64,000 nt of DNA from Oikopleura dioica. Lineage: Eukaryota > Animalia > Chordata. Within the stretch, counting starts at the first letter, position 1, and each line of letters opens with the position of its first letter. The notes under the pieces were generated by a model, which did no database searches, had not been told where the DNA came from, and saw only the letters and a list, made by a program, of their open reading frames with translations. This document shows positions 22,201 to 33,100 of this stretch, piece after piece. The stretch covers positions 8,680,001 to 8,744,000 of the forward strand of contig OU015568.1 in assembly GCA_907165135.1 (NCBI GenBank). The letters run 5' to 3'. A program made the translations under genes and the position numbers.

Positions 22201-25200
22201 TGAAACGGCCCGAAGGGCCGTCAAGCCCCTTAAATTAAAAATCAAGGAACGGGGCTGAAACGGCCCGAAGGGCCGTCAAGCCCCTTAAATTAAAAATCAA
22301 GGAACGGGGCTGAAACGGCCCGAAGGGCCGTCAAGCCCCTTAAATTAAAAATCAAGGAACGGGGCTGAAACGGCCCGAAGGGCCGTCAAGCCCTTAAATT
22401 AAAAATCAAGGAACGGGGCTGAAACGGCCCGAAGGGCCGTCAAGCCCCTTAAATTAAAAAATCAAGGAACGGGGCTGAAACGGCCCGAAGGGCCGTCAAG
22501 CCCCTTAAATTAAAAATCAAGGAACGGGGCTGAAACGGCCCGAAGGGCCGTCAAGCCCCTTAAATTAAAAATCAAGGAACGGGGCTGAAACGGCCCGAAG
22601 GGCCGTCAAGCCCCTTAAATTAAAAATCAAGGAACGGGGCTGAAACGGCCCGAAGGGCCGTCAAGCCCCTTAAATTAAAAATCAAGGAACGGGGCTGAAA
22701 CGGCCCGAAGGGCCGTCAAGCCCTTAAATTAAAAAATCAAGGAACGGGGCTGAAACGGCCCGAAGGGCCGTCAAGCCCTTAAATTAAAAATCAAGGAACG
22801 GGGCTGAAACGGCCCGAAGGGCCGTCAAGCCCCTTAAATTAAAAATCAAGGAACGGGGCTGAAACGGCCCGAAGGGCCGTCAAGCCCCTAAATTAAAAAA
22901 TCAAGGAACGGGGCTGAAACGGCCCGAAGGGCCGTCAAGCCCCTTAAATTAAAAATCAAGGAACGGGGCTGAAACGGCCCGAAGGGCCGTCAAGCCCCTT
23001 AAATTAAAAATCAAGGAACGGGGCTGAAACGGCCCGAAGGGCCGTCAAGCCCCTTAAATTAAAAAATCAAGGAACGGGGCTGAAACGGCCCGAAGGGCCG
23101 TCAAGCCCCTTAAATTAAAATCAAGGAACGGGGCTGAAACGGCCCGAAGGGCCGTCAAGCCCTTAAATTAAAAATCAAGGAACGGGGCTGAAACGGCCCG
23201 AAGGGCCGTCAAGCCCCTTAAATTAAAAATCAAGGAACGGGGCTGAAACGGCCCGAAGGGCCGTCAAGCCCCTTAAATTAAAAATCAAGGAACGGGGCTG
23301 AAACGGCCCGAAGGGCCGTCAAGCCCCTTAAATTAAAAATCAAGGAACGGGGCTGAAACGGCCCGAAGGGCCGTCAAGCCCCTTAAATTAAAAATCAAGG
23401 AACGGGGCTGAAACGGCCCGAAGGGCCGTCAAGCCCCTTAAATTAAAAATCAAGGAACGGGGCTGAAACGGCCCGAAGGGCCGTCAAGCCCCTTAAATTA
23501 AAAATCAAGGAACGGGGCTGAAACGGCCCGAAGGGCCGTCAAGCCCCTTAAATTAAAAATCAAGGAACGGGGCTGAAACGGCCCGAAGGGCCGTCAAGCC
23601 CCTTAAATTAAAAATCAAGGAACGGGGCTGAAACGGCCCGAAGGGCCGTCAAGCCCCTTAAATTAAAAATCAAGGAACGGGGCTGAAACGGCCCGAAGGG
23701 CCGTCAAGCCCCTTAAATTAAAAATCAAGGAACGGGGCTGAAACGGCCCGAAGGGCCGTCAAGCCCTTAAATTAAAAATCAAGGAACGGGGCTGAAACGG
23801 CCCGAAGGGCCGTCAAGCCCCTTAAATTAAAAATCAAGGAACGGGGCTGAAACGGCCCGAAGGGCCGTCAAGCCCCTTAAATTAAAAATCAAGGAACGGG
23901 GCTGAAACGGCCCGAAGGGCCGTCAAGCCCCTTAAATTAAAAATCAAGGAACGGGGCTGAAATGGCCATCCGTGTTTTCCAAGCTAGAAAGCTTTTGAAA
24001 AAATGAGACACGGGTTGGATTCGAGCTCGCCATCTCGTCTGCGCGAAGAGAAGCGCTCACCACTCAGCCAACTCCAGGGTGACGGTGCAGTGCAGTACTC
24101 GATTCATATTCCCGCGAAGAGCGCCAGCCAATCAGCGCGCAGCAGGCCTCCTTGGCAAAATATACTTTGAAGCCCTTAAAAGGGCTGAAGGGGGATTTTC
24201 TGGAAAAACAGAGGCCAGGAATGAATTTCTAGGCATTATTTTGGTGGAATCTCCAAATTTTATTAAAATGAAAAATTTTGGTCCAATCGTGCGGAACCCT
24301 AGCTCAGCCGCACTCTTTTGGACTTTTGCTTGGCCAACATGATGACGGACAGGTTTAATTCTCTTTAAAATGCAATCCTTATATTATTTTAGTCAAAAAT
24401 GCGAAGTTTCTGTTCCAATTCTATGTATCACTCGATCAGTACCAAGAGGCGGCCTCTACGGCTATCATCATTGCCCGCGATCATCAGTTGAAAGGCGATT
24501 ATAAAAAGGTAAAATATCAATTATCTTCCATGATTTCAATCGAGTATTTCAAGGTCGTGAATTCCTGTTTCAAATGTACAAAGACTTGCGCATTCGAGGA
24601 ATCCGCCTCCCCGCAGAAATGTCTTCATCGCTTTTACTTCTTCACTCATACTTGCTGATTCGCCCGACACTCTCCGTTAGAAATGATCACATGACTGCTG
24701 CGAGATTGTTAACTCGCGTGGCTAAGAGCATTTCGAAATTTCCCAAGCACATTGTTCAACTGCTCACAAAAACGGTCATCGAATGTAATAAAGTTGGACT
24801 TCAACGGTCCGCTTTTGAGTACGCGGCGCTACTCATGAGGCCAGAATATCGGTAAGAATGCGCACAAGCCTCGATGAATTGTTAAAAATCATTCAGAGAA
24901 GCCGTGGATCAGAAGTATCGACGGCCTATTGAGAAACTCGTGCGAGATCGTCGAGGAGCCAATGAAGAAGATCCACCTGCTGAAGCAACTCCTTGCCCGT
25001 TCTGTTCGAAAAAGTTCGATTCGTATGAGGTAAATTAAAGCTAGTTTTTCGCCGTTTATTAATCATTTTCAGCTAACATGCCCCTTCTGCCGTGAAGTCT
25101 CCCCTTTTTGCATAGCCACCGGCCGCCATGTGACTGTGGAGGACCTCACCAAATGCCCAACCTGCGAGTCGCCCGCTTTGATTGAACCCCTCGCCGAGCT

Positions 25201-25303
25201 AGTCAATTCTGACGGACATTGCCCGATGTGCTCGGCTTCGCTCAACAACGAAGATCTTGTTATTATCGAAAATGCCGCAACCTATCTGAAGCAACTTGCG
25301 TGA
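16297..25303 (+). CDS. WDR19: WDR19/IFT144 intraflagellar transport A subunit
   Basis: WD40 propellers, TPR region ([17 protein letters not shown]), [32 protein letters not shown] and C-terminal Zn-finger CPFC...CIATGRH...CPMC. Stop 25301-25303, AATAAA near 25365. The model needs six 1-nt homopolymer corrections and removal of the element at 19538-24301. Confidence 0.92.
19538..24301. mobile_element. hAT-type non-autonomous DNA element (4,764 bp) inserted in a WDR19 coding exon
   Basis: Perfect 20-bp TIR TAGGGTTCCGCACGATTGGA / TCCAATCGTGCGGAACCCTA; 8-bp TSD GCTCAGCC at 19530-19537 and 24302-24309. The empty site restores ...[11 protein letters not shown]... No transposase ORF inside. Confidence 0.9.
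20089..23966. repeat. Tandem satellite, ~55-bp unit, about 70 near-identical copies, each with a GC-rich hairpin
   Basis: Unit AAATTAAAAATCAAGGAACGGGGCTGAAACGGCCCGAAGGGCCGTCAAGCCCCTT. Copies differ almost only in homopolymer length. Confidence 0.97.
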
Positions 25304-25552
25304 CACTCGTGACAATTCTCTTGATTTACTTTTCTACCCATTGAAATTTTCTATTTTTATACTCAATAAAATGTTTATGTTTTATGCATTAGACTATTGG
25401 ATAAAAAATTATTCCAATAATTCAAAGTTTTTGTTCGTTTTGCTCCTGCAGGGTACTCATCCATGATTTCAAATAGATTTTCAACTACAGCAGTAAATAT
25501 CCTTTTCATGAGTTTATTCTTTCGACTGATGGTTATTTACGAGAGCAATAAT

Positions 25553-28500
25553 CTACTGCACTTCGTTCTCCACTTGTGGAAGATATGACTGCGCATTATC
25601 CTGTGCATCTTCAGCAACTACGGGTTCAAAATTCAATTTAAAAAATCGAGAATAGGAATCATTGAATCGAAGAATTTGGGCATTTTGATCGAGCGAAATA
25701 GATAATGCGAATTTTGAATCTAAGCTTCCTTTTGAATCTTTTGCGAGTTATTATAGAATCAGAGAGTAGCGGGTGGATGTTAGTTTATTAACAGTGAATT
25801 ACAGACAATAGTCGATCGGGCTGACTACTCGTAATCATGGGCGACTATGAGTTAATTTTTGAATTTGTGCATTTGAGTAATTTTTAAGAACTTAAATCGA
25901 CTCTCTTACCTTGGATACCCAAGAGGGCCAGGATTCCTTCGGCAGCGAGCGACTGCGCTTCTTCAGGGGTTGAAGACCATCGGCATCCACTGCGTGTTAC
26001 CATCTGTAATCATGTTAGAATTCAGTAGATTAATTGAGATTTACCTGGTTGAGGGTAGACCCATTCGCTAGGGTTATGTGGCATAAGTACATGACTTTGA
26101 CCCCAACCTATGAAGGAATCGGTTATTGTTCACTTAGATTGGAGATGGTTTACCTGGCATGAATGTAATTGGTAAACTGGGGACCCCAATTGATTCAGCT
26201 TGCAAATTTCCTCCAAGAGTTGAAAGGAGGTGAGTTTGCGCTGCCGCTGGATTGGGAGCAGTGTGGGCGTTTTGGTCGACCGGTTGAGCGTGCCGCTCGA
26301 GATTGGCGTAGGCGTAGGGATGAGTGGTGTCGCGGGGCTTCTCCCGTATTTCCTGAACGCTCATTGGACCAGGAGCACCAGATGATGATGAGAGCCAATC
26401 AGAACTCTCCGAAGCACGCATGGGCTGACTAGATGTCATTTTTAGCCAATCACGTGCTGTGTTTCATTCCTTACCCTATATAGGTCCGGCCACCCAGTGG
26501 GCGGGTGCCTCCTGCCCCTCGCGGTTTGCGCAACGCTGATTGGCGCTGAAAATGAGAAATCACGATTAAAAGCACGGAAATTAGCAGCTTTTAGCTTACC
26601 CCTTCTGGCACGAGCGCTGGCTGGTACATCTGATAGTACAGTGGAGCGCCTGCGTAGACATTCTGAGCTTGAGCAGCAGCCAAGGATTGAGCAGTTGCAT
26701 CTCCGTAAGCCAAAAGCATAGGCATCTGAGGAGTTTGGATGACCTTTCTTTCCGAAGCTCGGGAGTGACGAACGTAGCTATCTCGATCAACAGGCTTAGC
26801 AAGGACGACTTCGACGAGAGCGCCGTCGATCATGCCGTTGTTGAGCTCCTAGGAAGAAATGTAATGAAGACTCAGCTATTTGATAATGATGATTAATTGT
26901 ACCTTCATCGCTTTGAGAGCATTCTCACGCGTGTTGAAATGTACGAATGCATAATCTCTGATCTTCTTGACACGTTCAATCGTTCCCTTTCCGGTGACCT
27001 TGGCAAACGCCGCCTCAAGTGTATCCTCACTCGTGTGGAGCATCAGATTTCTGACGTAGAGAATTTTTACCGTTTCCATCACGCTAAATATCATTGAAGA
27101 AGTATTCAAGAGCGACCATTTTTACCTTTCATCGACTTCAATTTCTGGCTCAGCCCAGTCAACAGCGATCTGATGTCCCCAGAGCTGGATTCGCCCGGGC
27201 ATGAGTTTTCTTCTAGCCATGGCGGCAGCTTTGTGATCCTTGTACTCGACAAAAGAGAATCCTCGGTTCTTGCTTTTGTCCGCAGCAGAAGGATAAACGA
27301 TGACATCAACGACTCCTACAGAAATATTAAAAAAGGGAAAGGGTCTGGAAGCTTCGAATGGAAAAATTTATCCTAGATAAATATTCGTGAAAGCAGAGCA
27401 AATAACTCTGTTTCAGAAACTGAGATAAGCAGTTGTGAAAATAATACTCTCGATTCTTACCCTCTGTGACTTTCTTCATTTCCTCCATAATCTCATCCCT
27501 CTTCTTTGTCTTTGGAATTCCACCGACAAAGAGTCTACAGTTGTCCACCGATTGGCAAGCGCCGAGTAGTCTTCCCTTTCTGATTTCAAAATTATTGATT
27601 CCTTCCTCTGGATTCTCGACCATTTCGAATTTTACTGAGAATAAATCCATTCTCTCGACTGTTTCGTTCCGCATTTCCGCGAAAAAAACAGGGTGTAATA
27701 ACAAAATTAGAGATCTGACACATTCACGCAGCGTGGGAGATTCAAAAAATCACATTCACAGCTACAGATAAGGCTGCTGGTGTACATAACTTCGAGCATA
27801 ATTAGACTCGTTTAAAGATCTGGAGGTGAGTTTTCCGATGATATTCTAGAGAATACAGTTCCTTTGAGAGCAGCTTGAGACTCATTTCTTGTTTGATAGG
27901 TGACGAAGCAGAATCCACGGTTGTTTCCGTTGAAGTCCAGCATCATTCGTAACTCGAAAACGCTAGAGACATCAGATGAAAATGAGCATAATTTCCATGA
28001 ATCTTACGGGCCGTAGCTTTCGAGTACTGGATACAACTCATCTTCGAACAAGTCTCGTGGCAGTTTTCCGATAAAGATTTCGGTCCCCTTCTCCGGCTTT
28101 CCAGTAAGCGCAGGATTTGTGTACTTCCGCTGGCCGTTCTCCTGCTTCATCACCAATCCAGTTCTGAGGCATAGCGCTAAATTCGGTTTTAGTAAATTTG
28201 AAGTATCATCATCTTGAAATCAAGGAAGAGTCCCGAAAAAGCGCTGACCAAAGTGGGCATGCCAAAATTGCTCGGCTAATATTTGAAGTTCTTGATTTAG
28301 TTCCATTGCAAACAGTACCCTTTACCCTCTTGCGACAAGGATATTTACATGATATCAAATGCACTTATAAAAGTACAGCTACGGCAAATGTCCAAATGTC
28401 AGATCACAAGATGATGAATTACGGATTCTTTAGTCATCATCATTTTTATTTGCAATTTTGAATTGGCATGAAAACCACGTTGTTGGACAGTCACTGTTTA

Positions 28501-28660
28501 AATTTGCATTTCGGGTGGCAAAAATTAAGTCTCACATTCGCGCAATTTCGAACGTTTGAGTCATTTCTTTACCTTTAATTTTAGCCTCAACCCTTGGGTT
28601 CATTGGATGTTGCACTGCTGGTTCCGAGCCATCATCTGAGCCAGCAGAGTTCAGGCTCAT
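25553..28660 (-). CDS. A1CF: A1CF/RBM47/RBM46-family RNA-binding protein (3 RRM, RG-rich motif, C-terminal dsRBD-like domain)
   Basis: [128 protein letters not shown] at 28660, stop at 25555-25553. Exact paralog identity is uncertain. Confidence 0.85.
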
Positions 28661-29325
28661 GGAAGCAGTAGAGGCAATTTCTGCGTTCTTTACGTCAGTC
28701 TTCCAAGGGATGATCGATCTCTTTTCATATCTCTGTGTTATTTAAGCGCCTGGTTTTTAACTCCTTGGTTTACGATTTTTATATAAAAGATATGTGTGAT
28801 TCATCATCCCGTATTCATCACCGATTGAAGAAAAATCAAAAAAAATCGAAAATCAAATCGAAAAATTAGCGAAAAAAAAGTTAAATCAGCCGAATCACCG
28901 CAGCGAACCACCAATTTCTGTGGAAGTTAACAAAAAAACGAAACGAACGATATGGGATTTTGCATTCGTTGAGGAATCTCACCCACTCGCCCGCGGCAAC
29001 ATTTGCACCCGCTTGCGGCGTAAGCACGACCCGCGTAGCTCTTGCCTCCATCGCCGCTGCAAGTCAATCAGTAACTACAGACCGAAAAGCAAATAACACA
29101 AATTTACAACCGAGAGCAACATTTGCAACGGACACACAGATAAACAACATCAGATGCGCGCGGCTTCGGGCACACACGCGAAGACAACCGTGTTTGACCG
29201 TCAAATACGAATCAACGTTGCCAATTCTCTATCAAGCAAAAGTTCACCTGGAGAAAGTGCAATTCTCTTCCCATGCCAAAATTTCAAAATGATGCAGTTG
29301 TCATTTTTATTCAAAATAAAGCAAG

Positions 29326-29541
29326 TCAGGTCTCTTCAAGAATAGTTTCAAGCGTTCTTGAGCTCTTCGCAAGCTCTCGATCAACCGATAATTTCGATGG
29401 TCTTTCTTTGAAGAATTTGCTTCTGATTTTCTTCCTCACAAAGATCGAGAAATTCCAACTCTCCGGGACAATCCATGAAATAAGTAGAATCACAAAAATG
29501 ATACAAAATCCTCGTTTTATTTCGTCTGCTGATTTTCTCAT
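29326..29541 (-). CDS. Putative 71-aa single-pass membrane micropeptide (or terminal exon of an unidentified model)
   Basis: MRKSADEIKRGFCIIFVILLISWIVPESWNFSIFVRKKIRSKFFK...ETILEET*. Strong acceptor TTTATTTTTAG near 29564 upstream and AATAAA about 15-20 nt after the stop. Confidence 0.45.
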   Translation of the reverse strand: MRKSADEIKRGFCIIFVILLISWIVPESWNFSIFVRKKIRSKFFKERPSKLSVDRELAKSSRTLETILEET

Positions 29542-30101
29542 GTCAATTTGATGCGTAAATGTCCTAAAAATAAACCGTTCAGAAAATCTCAACTCTGCCC
29601 ATGGGCGATGCCAGTATGATTTAGATAAGAATTTCGTCTGCAATAAATCGTAAAAACAGCCTGCAAATTTATAAACAAACTACCCTTTGTTTCATTCCAA
29701 ATGTTTTTTATTCAGATAGTTGAATTCCAAAGCTGGGTACAGTGAAAACAAGAACAGAATAGAAAAAAGTGCACAAAATTTGAAACATCAATCGCAGTAC
29801 AAAAACAGGTTCTCACATAATCACATTTTTAGAGAATAAGTGGGAGTGCTGCCCAACTGGTGGTTTTTATTTTTCAACCCATGGGCCCGAGCACGACTTT
29901 TTCTAGAGCACTGACGGCGCTTGAAGCTGCCAAGTCTAAAGTGCAGGTGAAAAGACGACTGCGGATTTTGTTACCCAAGGATTTTTTGATAACCAGCTAA
30001 TTTGGGATTGTGGAAATCATATTCCATCTTTTTTAATTAATTTGTGATTATGCGGGGATAAATAAAGTTTACAGGAAAGATTGTACAGTCATAAAAAGGT
30101 A

Positions 30102-33100
30102 TTAAACCTTGATAGTGTCTCGAACAATCTGCTTGTATTCGACCTTGTAGCTGTTGATTTTGGCTCCGCCATCGTCCTCTGGCTTGTTCCATTCAACAGC
30201 AACATATCCATCTCCGACGTCGGTGACGTTGATTCGGCCAACTGGTCCAGGTGGTCCAGAAGCTCGGAAGCTTTCATCAAGAGCGCAAGCTGGGCCTTCG
30301 CCGAATTCGTTGACGGCCTTGACTCGGAAGAAGTATACGAGGCCTCGGACAAGTCCTTCGATTCTGAAGTTCTGTCGGGTGACATTTTCAGCGGCGGTTT
30401 TCCATGCTTTCTTGGTGGATTCCTTCATCTCAATGACATAGTTGCTGACAATAGATCCACCATCGTTGACGGGAGCGTTCCATTGAAGAGTGACGTAGTC
30501 GGTGCTCTTTTCCTTGATGCAGATGTCGGTAGGAGCAGAGGGAGTATCCTGAATGACGACGTTGACGGTAACTTCTTTGGATCCAGCAGAGGAGGAGATG
30601 GTGACAGCGTAAGCGCCGGAGTCGTTTCGGTTGGGCTTCTCAACTTCGAGTCGAGTGCTGCCCATGCCAGATTCGACAAAGACGCGATCTGGGAGTGGCA
30701 TGTTGTCCTTCTTCCAGGAAATGGATGGGGCAGGGTTGCCAGTAACCTTTCCGTTGATACGAAGAGGAACTCCGGCCTTGACCTTGAGAGCCTGCTTGAT
30801 AGAGCAGTCCAAGTCGATCTCGGGAGCGATCATGATGATCTGCGGCTTGTATGGATCGAAGAGAGCAACAGCTTCGGACTCAGCGGTATTGTTGAAAGCA
30901 ATAACTCGGAAGAGATAGTTGTTCAACTCAGAGAGGCCGGGAATGGTGTAGTGAAGGTTGGTGTTGCGGATGATGATCTTCTGGTACTCAGCTTCGACAC
31001 CTTCAGCGGGCTGAATAGCGTACTCAACAGCGTAGCCAATAATATCGCTGCCGCCATCGAAGTTAGGCTTGTTCCAGCCAAGAGTGACAGAAGTGTTGGT
31101 AGAAGTCTCGACGCGAATATTGGTTGGTCCAGATGGTGGATAAATAGGATTGACCATGTGCACATATGGTGATGGATCAGAAGGTTCAGATTGGCCAGCA
31201 GCGTTCTCAGCAATGACTCGGAATTCATAAGATCGCTCCATAGCGAGTCCGGAGATTCGAGTTCGGCATTCGGAGACACGCTTTTTGACGGCTCGCACCC
31301 ATCGCATACCGTCCTTGTCTCGTTTCTCGACGACGTAGTTTTCGATCTCAGCGCCACCAGTTTCGACAGGTCGAGTCCAGGTGAGAGTGAGAGAGCCATC
31401 GACAACATTTGAGGCTTCAGGAGAGCCAGGCTTGCTAGCGGGATCGTATGGGTTCTTGGCCTTGGCGGCCTTGGACTCAATAACTTCACCCTTGCCGTAC
31501 TTGTTGACACCAGCGACTCGGAAGATGTATTCGTTTCCTTCGAAAAGGTTAGCGCACTTGTAGCTGGTAGAAGTGATGTCAGAGCCAACCAAAGTCCAGG
31601 CGAGATGAGATGTCTCTCGTTTTTCAATGGTGTAAGAAGAAACATCAGCTCCGCCATTATCAACTGGCGCGTCCCAGCTCAATCGCATAGTAGTCTTGTT
31701 CATAACCTTGACAGTGAGGTGGTCACATGGTCCAGGTCGGGAAAGAACTCGCACTCGGATCTCGCCATTGTCGATACCGCCAATGTTTCGGGCAGAAACG
31801 CCATAAGTGCCAGTATCAAGTCGGGAAGCTTCCTTGATCTCGATCCAGCTTTCTCGCTCATCGTTTCGGATTCGAACGTTCTTGGTTTCAACAAGATCTT
31901 TGCCATCCTTGGTCCACTTAACTTGAGGAAGAGGAGTTCCTTGGAGATGAACCATGAATTTAAGGCTGTCGCAGGCCTTGGCCATGACAACATCCTTGTA
32001 CTTGGCATCAATCAAGACCTTGGGAGAAGTGATTTCATCCTTAGGCGTGATCTCATCAGAGGACTCGGACCATTCAGAAAGAGTGTTGGCAGCGTTCTTT
32101 GCCTGAACTCTGAATCTGTAGGCAGTGTTTTCTTCGAGGCCAGTGACGTTGAATCGGGTCTCGAGAACGTTGGAGAAGTTACATTTGAGCCATCGGCCCT
32201 TGTTACCTTCTTCTTCCTTTTCAATGGTGTAGCCAGTAATCTTGGCACCGCCATCGTACGCAGGCTTTTCCCAAGCGATCAAAGAAGATGTTCGACCAAG
32301 TTCAAGAAGTTCGGGCTTGCCGCATCGCTCGCATTGATCCTTGCACATGATTCCTTCAGAAGCTTGAGACCACTTAGATCTACCGGCTCGGTTTTCAGCG
32401 CAAACTCGGAACTCGTAAGTAGCACCATCAGCAAGGTTGCTGACTTGAGCTTGGAGAGCCTTGAGTGAGCCTCGAACGGCAGAAGTCCAGACGAGAGCAG
32501 ATCGCTCCTTCTTTTCCAAGAGGTAGCCAGTGATCTTGTCACCACCGTTGTTTGCTGGCTCGTTCCACTTGACCTTGATCCAGTTTCGGCTAGCTTCAAC
32601 GACAGTTGGGGCACTTGGTGCATATGGAGCTCGGAATGGCCACTCAGCCTTCAAGTTCTGAGAGACGAGAGGATCAGATCTACCGAATCGGTTCTCAGCA
32701 AAGACTCGGAACTTGTACTCAGAACCAGCGCGCAAGTTCTTGGCCTTGTAGCAAGCTCGAACAACAGTACCAGCGATTTCAACCCATTGGTCAGAGTCGG
32801 ACTCGCGGCATTGGACGATGTAATTGGCAATCTGAGCGCCGCCATCTTCCTTTGGTGCAGACCAGGTAAGAGTAGCGGAAGTGGTATTGACGTCGCTAAA
32901 CTCAATTGGTCCAACGGGGATAGATGGTCGATCCAAGACGACGAATCGGAGCTTCGATTGTTTCTCACCGGCAGATGATTTAGTAGTAAGAACGAATTCG
33001 TCGGCATCAGATCGGACAGCATCGGCGATCTGGAGTCGAGTGTAGAGAATGCCGTTCTCAGTGAACATCTCTGTGTTTGCTCGCTGAGTTTCTCTCCAGG

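Noticed and set aside
20089-23966. Array as CRISPR or as a hammerhead-ribozyme satellite
   Set aside because: There are no unique spacers and the context is eukaryotic. The unit lacks the CUGANGA and GAAA hammerhead core on either strand, and the minus-strand UUCG is not closed as a proper cUUCGg loop.
17758-24507. Six apparent frameshifts in WDR19 (17758-62, 18377-81, 19177-81, 24324-27, 24395-99, 24503-07) suggesting pseudogenisation or programmed frameshifting
   Set aside because: Each is repaired by adding one base to a 4-5 nt homopolymer, there are no in-frame stops otherwise, and satellite units show the same homopolymer wobble. This is typical long-read consensus error; short-read polishing would confirm.
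26446-26545. Apparent promoter cluster (CCAAT, CACGTG, TATA-like, GC box, TTGCGCAA) inside the A1CF-like gene
   Set aside because: 26545-26475 is a 71-nt coding exon encoding the family RGAGG...LGGR.Y motif, so most of the motifs are coincidental.
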